Shown here piece by piece: positions 36,419 through 49,861 of a stretch of 64,000 nucleotides of DNA. The DNA is from Fistulifera solaris. Its lineage: Eukaryota. The notes under the pieces were generated by a model. It was not told the origin of the DNA. It ran no database searches and was given only the letters and a program-made list of their open reading frames with translations. The DNA is taken from assembly GCA_030295235.1 (NCBI GenBank), contig AP026164.1, forward strand, positions 1,364,001-1,428,000. The letters are read 5' to 3'. How positions within the stretch are numbered: the first letter of the stretch is position 1; every line of letters starts with the position of its first letter. The translations under genes were made by a program, and so were the position numbers.

Positions 36419-37806
36419 CTATGTCTCAGTTTTCGGTTCTCCTTTGGTATTGCTGGTCGTGTAGTTGTCATCGGTCTTGTCAAGAACTCCTAGAGCAGAC
36501 TGAATAACCCAATCGAAGGGATTCGCGCCGCCTGCTGCGCCAGTATTACCGTCTCCTTCGTCATTATCCAATTGGTCCCAAACGGCCGCTTCACCAAGAC
36601 CAGATTGAATACGATGTTTTCGTTTGTCGACATCGTCGGGATCTTCCTTTTCTCCACGTTCCCATTGAGGATCGTACTCGACCGGCCCTTTCTTGGGACG
36701 CTCCGGAATGTAAACACCGCCGTCAGGGATATAAGGGTCGAATACCTGACCTTCGTCCTCCGTTTTGGTCTTGGGCTCTTCAATTGGACGTCCTGGGTGG
36801 TCCCAGTCCGGATTTTCTTCGCTTTCTTTATCAATGGGTCGGAGTTTGAGCTCCGGAGTTTCCTTTTCGGGCGGAGGGAATCGACCCGCGCCGTAGCGTT
36901 TGACTCCTCCTTCTTCCTCTTCTTGTCCAAGTGGCCCTCCACCGGTGCGCTTTCGGCCACCTTCCTCGTCTTCGTCTTCTGACTCTTCTTCGACAATCTC
37001 TTCCACCTCAATTTCTGGCTCTCGTGCCATCGGAGCCGCCGCCGCTGCGGCCAACGGCGCCACAGGGACATACTGCTCCGGTTCGGGTTGCACGGGGGAG
37101 CTTCTTCGTCGACCTCTCCGGGAGAACCTTTTCCAAGAATTTCTTTTCCACAACTTCTTCTTCTTCAACACCTTTCCTCTTTCTAGCAACGCAAGCACAG
37201 CAGCAAAGGAGCAGTAGGAGTACGGCCGCCGCGATGATGGCCCAGAGAGCTTCCTTCGGGAGACCACCATCGTCTCCCGCAACGGAAGGAGCCGGCGGAA
37301 GAAAGACGGGAGGAAGGGGCGGCAACGGCGCCGCCTCACGGGTATCATCCTTGGGTGGACAGGCGTACGGCGGCAATGTGGCGTCGGTGATGCGACACGC
37401 CGAAGTCAAGTACGCGTTTTGTTCACCGGTGCGGGCCGGATTCAAGGCACCGTCGGTGCGAATCTGCGCCTTGTCTCCGAGACAGCAATCGGATCCAGCT
37501 CCCAGTTCTGATCGACATTGACAAGCGATATTGTTGAAGGCGATGCGCTGTTGCCAGGTCAAGACGGGATTTTCGATGCATTTGCGTTTGCCGTATTCTT
37601 GAATGAAACCCAAGTACTCGCTCGATTTGACGACACCATCTCCGTTGACATCTGCAACGATCAGGTCAGAGAAACAGCCAGGGGAAATCTATGCTCGGAT
37701 CTCCTTCTTCAAAGAAGTCCGATTCGGGGTTCGGCGCATTGTCTTGGGCGTTCGACGAGGCGAGCGACGCCAGCAACAGAAAAAGAATCTGATGATAACT
37801 TTTCAT
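36419..37806 (-). CDS. Tandem paralog B of the EF-hand/Cys-rich type I membrane protein (several frameshift errors)
   Basis: Shares CFSDLIVADVNGDGVVKSSEYLGFIQEY, KCIENP, YLTSACR, PKEALWA, PDWDHPGR, RKHRIQSGLG and DWV..SALGVL with paralog A. Confidence 0.78.
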
Positions 37807-38430
37807 TTCGCAATGCAATCAAGAGTATTAATTATAGACAGGATCGTCTATATTTATTGAATGAATTCTTCAAAAGAAGGACTCGACGTGCTGGGTCAAA
37901 CGAATGAGATGCTTTCTTAGCTCCTCAAACAACGTTGTTGCTGTCGAAAAAGGTTGGGTCATTCGAGAAAAGCGATCACGTCCTTTTGGCATCGAGTGTT
38001 GCATGTCGCAATCACAAGGATTTTGCGGGGAACTTGGTGTGACCTATGCCAGTTCAGTAGTATCGTACGAAAAGAACAGGTATCTTGCTTACAAATGTCT
38101 CATCGATTTATTTTGCTTAAGCCCAAAGTCTATCGGACGATGAGGAGGCGCCTGTCTGCGATCGCTGCCTAAGGTTCATTCCTTCAATATTCGATTGCTT
38201 CTTGCTTTTCGTCCTCAAAGATAGGTCTATGAGCCATCAAAAACCTCAATTGTACTATACAACGTGAATCTTCATGCAGCACATTAGGTTTTCATCCAGG
38301 CGGCCGGACAAATTGGAGCACGATTTATAGAGAAATGGTATAACTACAATCCTTTAACATGACAATCATGCAGCTAGTCCAAAACAAATCACCCAATCGG
38401 CCCCAAAGCTTGTCATCGCATAGATTCTAC

Positions 38431-39256
38431 TTACACCAACTGCAATTTTACGCATTCGTAAACACTGAATCCAATCATGCTCGCGGGAACTGCCCGTAAC
38501 AACTTCAAACGAAATCCGCTGTAAAGGCCCTGAATGACACGACCATCCGCCTCAGCTATCAGTCGAGAGGCCGTTTCTGTCACAGACAAGTTACTTCCCG
38601 CCTGTTGACGTGTTTTGATGAGGTCAAGGGGTACCCAACCGCCCAAGCGACGGTGGCCGCTACGGCGCCGGAACTGAGTGGAACTGCGACATTGTCCTTT
38701 CCCATAAAAGGTGTCAAGATATCTTTACAGGCTTCGTAGGATGCGAACCAAACTCCGTGCGGTATTCCGTCTCGAAGTAACGTGGCGCTCAAACCGCGCC
38801 AAGAGGATGAACTGAACATACTGCGGGCCACCGTCTTTCCTTTCGAAATAGCATCTGCTTGTAGATCGCACTGTTGCGAAACCTTTATAAGTTCCACGGG
38901 AGACATTAGAAAAGACTGCAATACTCCTCCTGTACAACCTCCAATAAAGATCGCCATGAGTTTTGCTTGAGCGGCACTTTCTTCGGCATACTTTTGGCCG
39001 ATTCCGTAGCCACCATCAAGACGGCGTTTTGAATGGGAACGGCAGAAACCATGGGCGAAGCACCACGCCAAAGCGCTCTTACCCCGAAGTTTTGTGCAAG
39101 TGATCTTGCCGAGACCGTCCAGTTGACACGACCGACATCAATCAGCCCCGCCTGCCAACGCGTCAACACGGTGTCGACCGGTTGCAGAGCGATGACACTC
39201 GCCGCACCTGACGCCCAGCCGGCTATAAAGTCTACGTATGCATCCGACAGAGGCAT
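38431..39256 (-). CDS. Mitochondrial carrier family protein (SLC25; carnitine/basic amino-acid carrier-like), frameshift errors
   Basis: Three PxD/ExxK/R repeats (QPVDTVLTRWQ, SPVELIKVSQQ, PLDLIKTRQQ), plus WRGLSATLLRD and LYSGFRLKLLRAVP. Confidence 0.88.
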
Positions 39257-40076
39257 TGTTATTCTTCAGTTCTATAAAAACAAGGATAATCTTTCAGTTG
39301 CAAGAGGATCAAGGGTTGTTTTATTTATATATCCAGTGGCAAATGTTGTCATCTCTTTGACAAACAAACGTCTTTTCGAGGTGACGAGAAGATATGATGT
39401 GTGCCTGTGTGACAAGAGCATTCTTTACTCGCATAGTAAGTCAAGGTCGACGCAAGCGATGGTCAACGCTATCCTATTTTCGCTTTCGATATTGCAAACG
39501 AAGTTGACAACTATAGTAAGAACACCTTCAAAGCCATTCACCTGTACTTTTCAATTCCTTGTTTTCATTTGTGGACTCATTATTTATGTTGCTGTTTCAA
39601 TCGTTTTCCGTACTGTTGCTCATGACTGAAGTCCAGTCGTGGTTGGCTGGGTTGTGGCAAATCGACACGGGAAATGCATTCGCTTATTTGGAACGTTACG
39701 TAAAACGCATTGTAATTTTCCGAACATCATAGCTGAATTTAGCAGAACGGGAATGGATGCCTATTTACCATGTACTGGGACATAGTGTACTGCAAGCTGG
39801 AGGGTGTTTACACTATAGCAATCCTTACACGACTAACTGAGCATCCAGGTCAGTTTAGCATCCGCTCTTCCGATATTCATGAACGGTATTGACAAAAATT
39901 TGGGCACTTTTGCCTCAATTTGTGATGCAGTGAGCCATTCGTTTTTGTCAATTAGCATATGACCCATTTAAGAAATGGGCGACCATTGTGATAGTACCAG
40001 TTAACAATTTACATGGCAAGGTGCACCATTCTTAACAGCAAGGAATCGGTGACTCAAAGTTGGCAAGTGCGAAAAA

Positions 40077-42525
40077 TCAACTTGAAAGCTGTTCCCTTTC
40101 TTTATCAGAACCAAAACGAAGAGCAATTTCTCTGTCTACAGCTTTCGCTCTTATCTTCTTGTTCTTTTCTCTGGAAGATAACCAAGCTCTCTTCAAAAGC
40201 TGAAGCGTTTGTTTGGTGGGTGCCCCTATTTTTCCTGCTGCGTGCAGCCTTTCCATCTCATTAAAAACTTCCTCCGCTTTTTTTAGGGCGATTACTGCTA
40301 CCATAACATGTCAGAAGTGTCGTGTATGAGATGACATTGGGAGCAACATCAAGCTTGCCCGTCTCACTGAGATCAATCATACGTTTTAGAATTTGCTCCG
40401 CCCTTTCGCCTTTGTAAGGATCCGAAGTCAGACTCCAAGCTTTCAAGAGAATATTGAAACTTCTTACGTCTGGTTTGGCGCTCTCGTTGCCTGCTTCATA
40501 GTCTTGGAACATCTCGCGAAGAAGACGAGAAACACGATAAGGGTCTTTCATCCGTGCCAGTCCATTCATCACAGCATTATAACAAACAACATTTGGTTTC
40601 AGAGATTCGTCTCCATTTTTGTAAGCATCTTTCAGTTCCTGTAAAAGATTATACGCACGGGTAGCGGCCTCTTCGCGATTGTCCTTGACCTCTGAATAAC
40701 ACGCTAACAGTGACGAATAACTGTATATGTCAGGTTTGACATCATCAATCCCTTGGTCGCTGAGCTTTTTCATCTGATAAAGGAGATCCTCTGCCTGTGA
40801 AGCCTTATTGTCACGTTTTGACTTGATAAAGGAAGCAAGAACCGCATTGAAGCACTGTAGATTGGGCTTGACGTTGGATCTACCAGTCAGAAAGTCGTTG
40901 CACATTTGATTCAAGATGGCTGAAGCTTTTTCGCCGTTTCCCGAAGTAGCCCAAATATGAATTACCGTTGTGTAGGTCGCTACATCGGGGGCGATCCAGG
41001 AATCTCCAGCTTTCGCCCGTGATTTCATTTCGGCGAGAATTTGTTCCGCCTTTGTCGCAGGAAACGCCGTTTTGTGATCCACGAGGCAATTCAGGAAAGC
41101 ATTATAAGTTATTGTCGCCGGCCGGAGAGCAGGGTCGGTTTCTTTGGTCATCTGGCGTAATATCGCTTCCGCCTTTTCGACCTTGTTGGGTGATTTCGAT
41201 CTGGCATGGGCGGAAATTAAGGCAGTCAGTATAACAGAGTCCGGTCTCAAATCTTCATTCCCATTCTCATAAAGCGTTCGCATCTGCTGCACAATGGCTT
41301 CCACACGTGTCGCCTGCCCGACTATGCTCCAGGCCTGGATTAAGTTCAAGTAGGAAACATAATTAGGTGTAAAACGCTCTCGCATCATGTTGAAAACTTC
41401 TTGTGCCTTCTTGGCGCCGCTGATCGTACCAGTTATAGCTTGACACTGTATCGCAACATTAAAGGCGGGGATTATATCCCTCTTTTCGTGAAGATGATTC
41501 GCATGAAAATCCAGCATCTTCTTGAGCAACTCTTCCGCTTTTCGTCCCGCTTGTGATGATCCCGACTTGAGCCACGCGGTGATCGTCATGCCAAACGCAC
41601 CACCGAACGCTCCATCCAGAGACGAAAAAGTAATTTCACCCGCATGGTAGGCGTGTGTCATGCGGTCCAAGATGTCTTCACAGCGTAGAGCGGCATTTGT
41701 ACTTTCCAGAGCGGCCAAGGCCTGAATCATATTGAGATACGATTCGCGATTTAAGGGGATCATGAGCTCTACCATCCTTTGCACAATCGCTTCGATCCGA
41801 GTGACCGATTCGGGACGTTGTGCTAACATCCAAGCACGTGTCACTATATTAAAAAGGGGCGGAGTCGGATAAAACGGATCCTTCCCGGCTTGCCACAAGT
41901 CGATGCATTTTTCCAGTACATGTTCTGCGAATTCGGGTGTCGTCTTTCCACTCCGTACGCCGGCTTCGACAATCAAATACAGCGTTTTCTCGTTTCCCAA
42001 ATGATGATGTTGTGCGTAATACAGAACGCGATCGAGCATCTGCGACACCGAATAGTCGGGAATATCATTTTCCCACAACGCGACCCTCCACAGACCGACC
42101 ATGCGATTGAGTAAATTGGTATTTATCCAGTCCCCAAACGGAGAAGGTAAATCAATGAGCAGACGGTCGAGTAATTGGAAGGAATATACGACTGACCGTA
42201 TGGATTTGTCCTGCAATAACATGGACAATAACTCTTCGGATTCAATCCATGCTTCGGGAGAAAGGGGATCCTCCGTCGCCAACAATTTATTCATGGAAGA
42301 CTCCAAGTCATTGATCAAAACTTTCGGTTTTCTTATAGCAGACCTGTTTCCTTCGTCCATAAAACTAGAAGAGTACCAAGCTGGTTGTTGTTGGAGATGC
42401 CGTTGCGGATTGTTATTGTGGACGGTACCGGCAAGACTTTTCCACGGCGCGTGTTGTGGAGCCAGTCGCCGTATCCGAAGGGTCGTCGCCGTCGATGACA
42501 ACACACGTTGAATTCTACTTCTCAT
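40077..42525 (-). CDS. Pentatricopeptide repeat (PPR) protein, probably mitochondrial; frameshift near 40280
   Basis: Repeated ~35-aa units such as PNYVSYLNLIQAW, PDVATYTTVIHIW, PNVVCYNAVMNGL and PDVRSFNILLKAW, with an Arg/Ser-rich N-terminal presequence. Confidence 0.9.
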
Positions 42526-43097
42526 TCCTTAGAGAAATTTATTTAATTTCTTAATAATAAGACAGAAATACAAGCCCGGTGAAAGTGATCGTTCGCATCG
42601 TCGCCTTTTTTTTCCTGTTTTCACTCTGGCTTATTATTTTATTCCCTCTCGGGATTGGTTCGCTCGTTGTGATGATGATGATGATGATTATTTCGTCATC
42701 AAGCGTCTGGCCTTGTCGTCCTCCCTGGCGAATAAGGTGACGTTTCGAAAGACCTACCGGTATCCATTTCGACATCCTCCCTTCTGTTGTGACAAAAACT
42801 CCACCGTCCATCGAGCGAGGAGGAGGAGGAGGAGTCGTCAGTCAGTCAGTCGTCATTCATGCTGCTGAGTCAATAGTGTTCTTCGTTCGTAAGTTACGAA
42901 AAACCAAACGTTTGCTTGGTTCTCTTGGTTGTGCGTTGTCGTCCGATCGGCATGTGACGACGCATCCGGAATTCCGTGTGTCTTTTTGCGAGTTCAACTT
43001 CTTACTTAATTACTACGGAGGATGATTTGCAAATGTCAAGTGAATGGCTCATTCCGAAATTAGATTTCGAGAAATTTCATAGAATATTGGAGCCATA

Positions 43098-44651
43098 ATG
43101 CAACTTGCTAGAGCCACAACCTATTTATTACTCTGCTTGACGGCAAGTCAAGCATTCCAGACGCCGCATTGGAAGGCCCCGAGTCTCTGGCGATCGTTCG
43201 TTGCAACGTCTCCCACCAAAAATCAGTAGTGACGAAAATACTCCGAAAGGCTGGGAATGTGATGAAGAAGCCAATTGTGTGCCAGTCGACGCCTGTGACG
43301 AACAAACGTGCCGTACTTCACTCGATATCCGTATCCACGGCAAATGGTACGACCTTTCGGGTTGGCGCAAAGCGCACCCGGGTGGTGAACACTGGTTGGA
43401 TTATTACGACGGTCGTGATGCTACGGAAGTGATGGATGCCTTTCATTCTTTGAAGGGACGAGCCATGTACCAGAGATTGCCCAAGTCGAAACCCGAAACG
43501 ACGCAAATGTTGGAACAAACGGTGCCACCCGACAGTCAAACGCAGTTGAACTTTCGAAAGTTGCGCGATCAATTGGAGAAAGATGGATGGTGGGAACGAG
43601 ATATGGTGCACGAGTTCACTCAGTTGGGTCTGTGGGCGTCGTGTGTCATTGGAGCCGCGGCTACGGCTTCGACGGTCCCTTTGTGTCGATATGTTTGTTG
43701 AGTATTTCGATGACAGCGGCGGGGTGGTTGGGCCATGACTACATTCATGGCGTCGACAATTTTGCAATCGTTTGCGTAACTTTAGTGCACTTGGCGGCGG
43801 ATTGATTCCCACCTGGTGGTCGGATAAGCACAACAAACATCATGCACTTACGAACGAGCTTGGAGTCGATGAAGATCTTGCGTGAGTTACTGTTCGACTT
43901 GATTTTATTGAGTGTACCTAATACGGTGATGGTGGGCTCATTTTGTTGTTGCTCTTCGTCTTAACTATACAGGACCGATCCCTTTATCTATTCGTACGTT
44001 CCTGATCCGAGTCAGGATTCCCCACTCAGAAAGATCCAACACTATATTTTCTGGATTCCGTTCTCCTTCCTATTCGCTTTGTGGCGTATTGATAGCATAA
44101 AGGTGGCAATCGAATCTATCGAGCAAAAGCGTCCTAATGCCAAAAATGAAATGTACTCTCTCCTTATTCATTATGCGGTGCTGCTGACTGTGTTTCCGTT
44201 CCAAGTGTGGTTCCCCTCAGTCTTTGTCAGCGGCTTGCTCTCGGCCTTGATTGTGACACCCACCCATCAGTCGGAAGCCATGTTTTCGGAGTACCAACCG
44301 GACTGGGTGACGCAACAGTTCCAGTCGACGCGCAATGCCGTTACTACAAATCCCTTTTCGGAATGGATCTGGGGTGGCATGCAATATCAATTGGAGCATC
44401 ACCTTTTCCCATCTATGCCTCGTAACCGTTACCCGGCCTTGAGAGAAATTCTTCAAAAATTCGCTGCGGAAAACAATATTCCGGGTGGCTACCGAGAGTC
44501 GGGTGAATTCGAAATTCTCAAGATGAACTGGCAATTGTACAAAAACGTTGCAGAAGCGGATGCGATTCCCGGGGCACCGCTGTCTCGCGGAAGAATTGGG
44601 CAGCAAGGAGCAATCGTAACAACATCGAGCCCTGCGGCTTCGGTAGCATAA
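43098..44651 (+). CDS. Plastid-targeted cytochrome b5-fused front-end fatty-acid desaturase (delta-6-like); intron 43882-43972; frameshift errors
   Basis: Presequence MQLARATTYLLLCLTASQAF, heme motif HPGG, and His boxes HDYIH, HNKHH and QLEHH. Confidence 0.9.
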
Positions 44652-44778
44652 AGCGCTATATTGGTGATACATCTTTTTCCTCGCACATTGTTGTGTGTAC
44701 AGCCGCAACATTACAGATACAATGCTATCAATCGAAATTCTAATTGAATTAACTTTGTTAAAAACTTAATAACCTAGC

Positions 44779-47697
44779 TCATTCCTCATCATCGTCACCA
44801 ACATCACCGTAACGCCACATTCCAACACGAGAACGACGAGCGGTTTCTTGAGAGACATTCAGATCCGAAGCAAGCTTCGTGATGATAGCAGGATTCGCCA
44901 TTCGACTAGCTAGTGCGTCTACGACAGGCGGTTTTGCAACTCTGGCCAATCCAAGTTCAATCAAATTAGCATTTACTGTCTCTCCATCGTTGCCTTCAAT
45001 TGTCAGTGCTTGGCGTCCTGTTTCCGGGTCCACAGACAAAACTACCGCCTGCAGATCACGGCCCCAACAAGTGGACTGGAGGAAGCGAGCTGCATCCAGT
45101 CCTTCGTCGGTATCAAGAGATCGCACAACAGTCAGGGCCAAGGTTGCCTCTTTGGCAGCTGCGGGAAATCGATCAGGTCCGAGTGTTACATCGAGAGGTC
45201 TTAAATGTGTGGCGATGGGCACTGCAGCCACGTTTCCGTGATCAATGAAAAGTACCGTAGCTTTGCCTGGTGTCTTCTTCTCCAAGATTTTGGCTCTGTA
45301 CCAGCTCTTGCCACTGCCATCATCGAATAGCGCCGCTACATAGCGACCAACCTTTGCATCACAAGGAGCGCCGGCTGTACCATTTTTCTGAGTAAAAGTT
45401 TGCATGTTCTGCTCCACAATTTTGATGTTTTCATTACTGACAACATGGAAGAAAAAGTGGCTTCCGCTGCGAATTTCACTCAGCCTAATGGTAGTGGTCG
45501 TCTCAGTAATCTTTTCAACCTTGCCATTCGCCACGATTGGTGCCGCGGAAGTAACTTCAGCTTCAAGTGACCAGAGACCAATTCTTCCTTCTCTCGCTTT
45601 TTGCTCGCAATCAAGAAGATGCTTAGGAACTTCACCGAACTCGACTTTACGTTGATCAAGCTTGGACAAGCCGCCGCCCAAAAGTTCGATAGTGTAATCG
45701 CGTCGAGAAGCACCTTGTCCGACGAATAAAGATCCAGTGATGATGCCGCTGGTTGTCACTCCAGAACATTCAATCTCTACATTTCGCTGCAGTAGCTGCA
45801 ATCGTGCATGACGCTTAGCATCGTCGCCGAATGGCTCTGCAGCCTTGCCTTGTTTACTCCCAGGACTTGGTGAAGGTTGCGGACACCGAATATAGTTTGG
45901 CGCAAAGCGGATGAAACAGTTCTCGGCAGGAACATACAGCTTAAACAAGGCTCCATTGAAGACAAAATCAACAACGGCCTTTGTCTTTCCGGCTCGCATA
46001 AGAGAACCAGAATACGCTTTAGCTTTCTTGGGGTCCGTCAAGTCGATGGGGTTTCGAGGTGGTGCTTTATCTTTACCATCTTGTGCTTTATGAACACCTT
46101 TCTTTCCAGCCTTGGCAATCGCCTCAGCAGTGCGTAGCTCGTCGTACCTAGGGGATGTCTCTTCACCATCGCGGTGGAATTGAGTTGTAGCCAAACCCTC
46201 CGAAATCAGCACCTCAGAAACGTCGGCGTGTTTGCCAACCGAGATTGTTGCAAAAGCGCGCTTTTCTTTGTTCTCGAGGGACAAGGGAATCTCACGTTCG
46301 TAATGAATGTCGGCGGATACGGGCTTACCGATCGTCAGAGCTCGCAAGCGCTCTTTGCATTCAGCTGCAAAGGCTCATCAGCCCGACTTCCGTTGGCCAG
46401 ACCCGGTCGAGGGGCTCGGATTGATGCCAAAGAAACTTTCTGCAACACCTCTTCTGATGTGTAGTCCTTTCCATCTGGAAGAATGAGCAACGTATCTCCC
46501 GACACAACCTCAACCACCGTACCGCGCAAACTCGATGCTGACGAGAGTTCCGGTGGCGAGTACGAATGCCAGATTCCTTTTAATGTACGCTTAGATGAGT
46601 TTTCCGCCATGCGGTACGGAGGAACATCCACCGTTGGCATCATGCGAACAGTCCAGTCCGTCATGCGGGCTAAACCATTCTTGAGCAACTCCACCGCAAT
46701 GTTACCGGCGGGATGGTGAATGGTTCCAACAGCTGCGCTGGACGATTTGTCGGTCCCGTATAACGAAATTTTGAGTTCGCGCTGCAGCAGACGAGCCGTG
46801 ACAAACTGCCTTGCTTCCTCGGAAAACGGCTCTGGGGCTGTCGGAGGCTCTGCCTTGGGGTTGCCCAGACGAGGGCATGAAGCACCAGCGAGCATGAGGT
46901 TGAAGTGAGCATACTGAAACTCTTTCAACTCCGGATCTATTACCTGGCACCGGAACCGACTACCGTCAAAAATATACTCGACCACGCAGGTAATCCGACC
47001 TTGCGATGCATGTTTTTGGCAAGCCTGGACCAAGCTCAACAACGCAAAATCGTCACCGGCGTTCTTTACCGTGCGAACGGGCGGCACCGAGGCATGAATC
47101 CCCCGTTGAGCAGCCTTTGCCTCGTTGTATGCCTTCATGAGCTGCCTTTCATAATCCTCTTCCTCTACGAGATCAGCAACGTCATCTTTTTTCGCAGTAT
47201 CCCCGTCGCCATCACCAAACTTGAGCGCTTTCGGAGTAGCATGTCCCTGGCGAACGCATTCCAGACACAAGTGAATCGAATCCTTTCCAGGTTCATCGAT
47301 GAAAATCCAGCCGTACACGCGATCTCCGGCACTAGCACCCTGTTTACGGGTTTCGAAACGAACTTGCTTGCCCACGACGAGACTTCGGAGCCACTCGCGA
47401 GCAGGAAATGCTCCGGGCTCATCGACCGGATTTGACTTGCTCATCATTCTGTAGAGGATTAGAAATCGTAACAAGTGAGTATTCATTGATGATCCTATAG
47501 ATCAGTTCACTCTTCAAGTATGCATACCTGGGAGCAGACAATCCTTCAAAAGTGAAAAGCACTTCGGGAGGCGGCCTCTGGGGATTGGTGGCTTTACCGA
47601 GCAGGATGAGCGTGTCACCGGAGAGGACGCTCTTGACCCGCGCCGTTCCCTCTTTCGGGAGGATCACCGGAGGATTGGAAGTAACTGGAGTAGCCAT
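44779..47697 (-). CDS. SND1: Tudor staphylococcal nuclease (Tudor-SN/SND1); intron 47527-47449; frameshift near 46360
   Basis: Repeated SN domains (VKSVLSGDTL, VVEYIFDGSRF, VVEVVSGDTL, VDFVFNG), Tudor WYRAKI...VLFIDHGN, and C-terminal GMWRYGDVGDDDE. Confidence 0.93.
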
Positions 47698-48804
47698 GAT
47701 CGCTTCTTTTTTCTTTTTTTTATTGATGAGTTGTTGTTGTTGCTATGCTTCGGGTTAATGGATTGCGTAAGATCCGATCAAATCGGTCGAATGGATTGTG
47801 ACTTTTGTGACCCGCGTCGCTGCCTGTATCACTTTTCCTGACCGTTGGTTTGGGCTGTAACGCAAGTAGTGCTACGAAGGAGCCAATGGCTATACACAGC
47901 GGTTCGCTCTGGGACACCTAAAATCGGAAGGTGAGGGAAATTGTGTACTTTCACGTAGACCCCCGTTGAGAAATGTACCAAGCAGAGGTGCGTTCCCGTG
48001 TCTCCCATTCCTTCTTCCACAAAGTCTTTGTGTAAAGCGTTTCTGTCCCGGATGCTTTTCTTCTGTCATTTAGTCATGAATCATCTTCCAAGTCTTATTT
48101 TCTGTTTGATTTGTTGAAAATTACATTAAAGGCTAAAGACCATATCAGTTCTCTTGTAAAATATGCAATAGCTCCCAATTTAACAACACTTTTAGTGAAG
48201 TTCCTTCTGTACTCCCGAAAGCTGGCTACTCCACCGAGGTCGTTATTGTGTTCACTGGTCGACCTGCAAAATCTGTTGACTGATGCGTTGCTGTGGCGGG
48301 ACTGGTAAGGAAACGAAAGACGGCTTCACTTCACGGCGACACGGTAAAGTGCAAAGTGACCGTGACGGATCCGCAGGTATTCCCTCAACATTGTACATAG
48401 GTACGCACTTCTGTGATTGACAGCAAAGCAACTGTTTTGATTATGTTGCATAATGTGAAGGTTTAGATGGAAGGAGACGCTCAAGAGAGCGTAAGACAAG
48501 AAGATAAGGAGGAATCGGTGCGTACTGGTAAATATCTCAACGCGATGGCTCTCAGAATTCGTGGTAATGTGCCAATGGTGTTTTAATTGTTCCGTTGCCA
48601 AACCATTGGATTGCCTGTCATTTCTACCAAGCCCACTTCTTTTCAAGAAATGTTGACGCAAATTGCAATCGCGAGTCTTGTTTCACGTAAATCTGGTTCC
48701 CCGATGTAGCGAATAAATCCATGGTCTGCAAGGCAAATGACGATGCATGTCCTCATGCTGGTAAAGCAGCAATTAAGGGTTGAAAAAACTCGTATTGCCA
48801 TTGA

Positions 48805-49760
48805 AGAATCATGACACTCCACTCACTACACCCGTCTCAAAACTAGAACAGGCGATGACATACCCATTCTTCACTTTTCCACTTGTACAGCAGCACCAAG
48901 AACCGAGAAATGGATGCCGTACTGCTGTTGTGTACTCCTTGAGATTCGTAGTCCCCTTTTCATCAAAAAGCGGAGCCGAATGTTTGCCGAATGCAACCAT
49001 CAGAGATGCAGTATCCTTAACTGGCATTCCATCCGCTTCGGAAGCTTCTGATAGAATTAGCTCAAAGATCGAAGTCTGCCATTTATTAATACATGTTGTA
49101 AGATGCCTAAGTTCTAGTTTGTGACTATTCTTTCGCCCGGTGTGGCAACAATTCTGGGGCTTTCCAAGATAGTAGAAAAAGCAATGCAAGCACGAATGTG
49201 TGGAAACAAGAGGCAGATTTCTACGACAGCCAATCATCTTAATCGTACCTGGAGTTCACATGATTGTCTCCTTCACCGAACAAAATGGACCCATTTTGGC
49301 TTTTCCCGCATTTGACCCTTTCAAGACACACCTAGTACGAGAATGCTTTGTCGCTTGTTGCCGAAAGTCGTAAACTTGCCATCAGTTATCAATGCGAAAA
49401 GACAAGCGAAAAACGCGGTCTTTAAGTCTAAAGCCATAGCAAGAGTCTGACATCGAGCTTGTTGGTAATAACAGGTACATCATTCAAACATGTTATCGCA
49501 AAAGCTTGTCGGACAGTTGACAAGAACGAGTCTCTCCGGATTGATGCCGGTCATATCAGAGGCATTTTTGTCGGTAATGACACCCCTTGTCGGTGATGAT
49601 AGCGAACGCTCTCAATCTTTTTCCGCTGATGTCAACGCATGTCGTTGATCTATCCGTGTGGGCGTTTCGATTATATCGTCCGGTGATTCCACCACTTACT
49701 CTTATTACTAAGTTTGATGGAATTTTTGGAGCACTCAACGCCTATGGGCTCGCAGTTCGT
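48805..49760 (-). pseudogene. fabH: Decayed duplicate of fabH retaining the intron
   Basis: Collinear similarity to roughly 29335-30400, e.g. SGKVKNGYVIAC vs [18 protein letters not shown] vs TNLNEY, ILSEASEADGM vs [16 protein letters not shown] vs CRPIG. The intron donor is kept at 49248. Many substitutions and indels are present, well beyond homopolymer errors. Confidence 0.85.
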
Positions 49761-49861
49761 CACACTCGAGGTGACAGATAAAGGAAGGGCAATTAGGGTT
49801 TCAACCATTCGACATAGCAAGATAGTTTCTACCGGCGCAATGTCTGTCTTGGGCATTGCTC

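Noticed and set aside
42669..42852. (gat)n, (gga)n and (gtca)n microsatellites between the PPR and desaturase genes
   Set aside because: Short ordinary simple repeats with no further structure.
48110..48780. Possible second gene remnant next to the fabH pseudogene
   Set aside because: Some frames look protein-like but are stop-ridden and I cannot assign them. A tBLASTx search would be needed.
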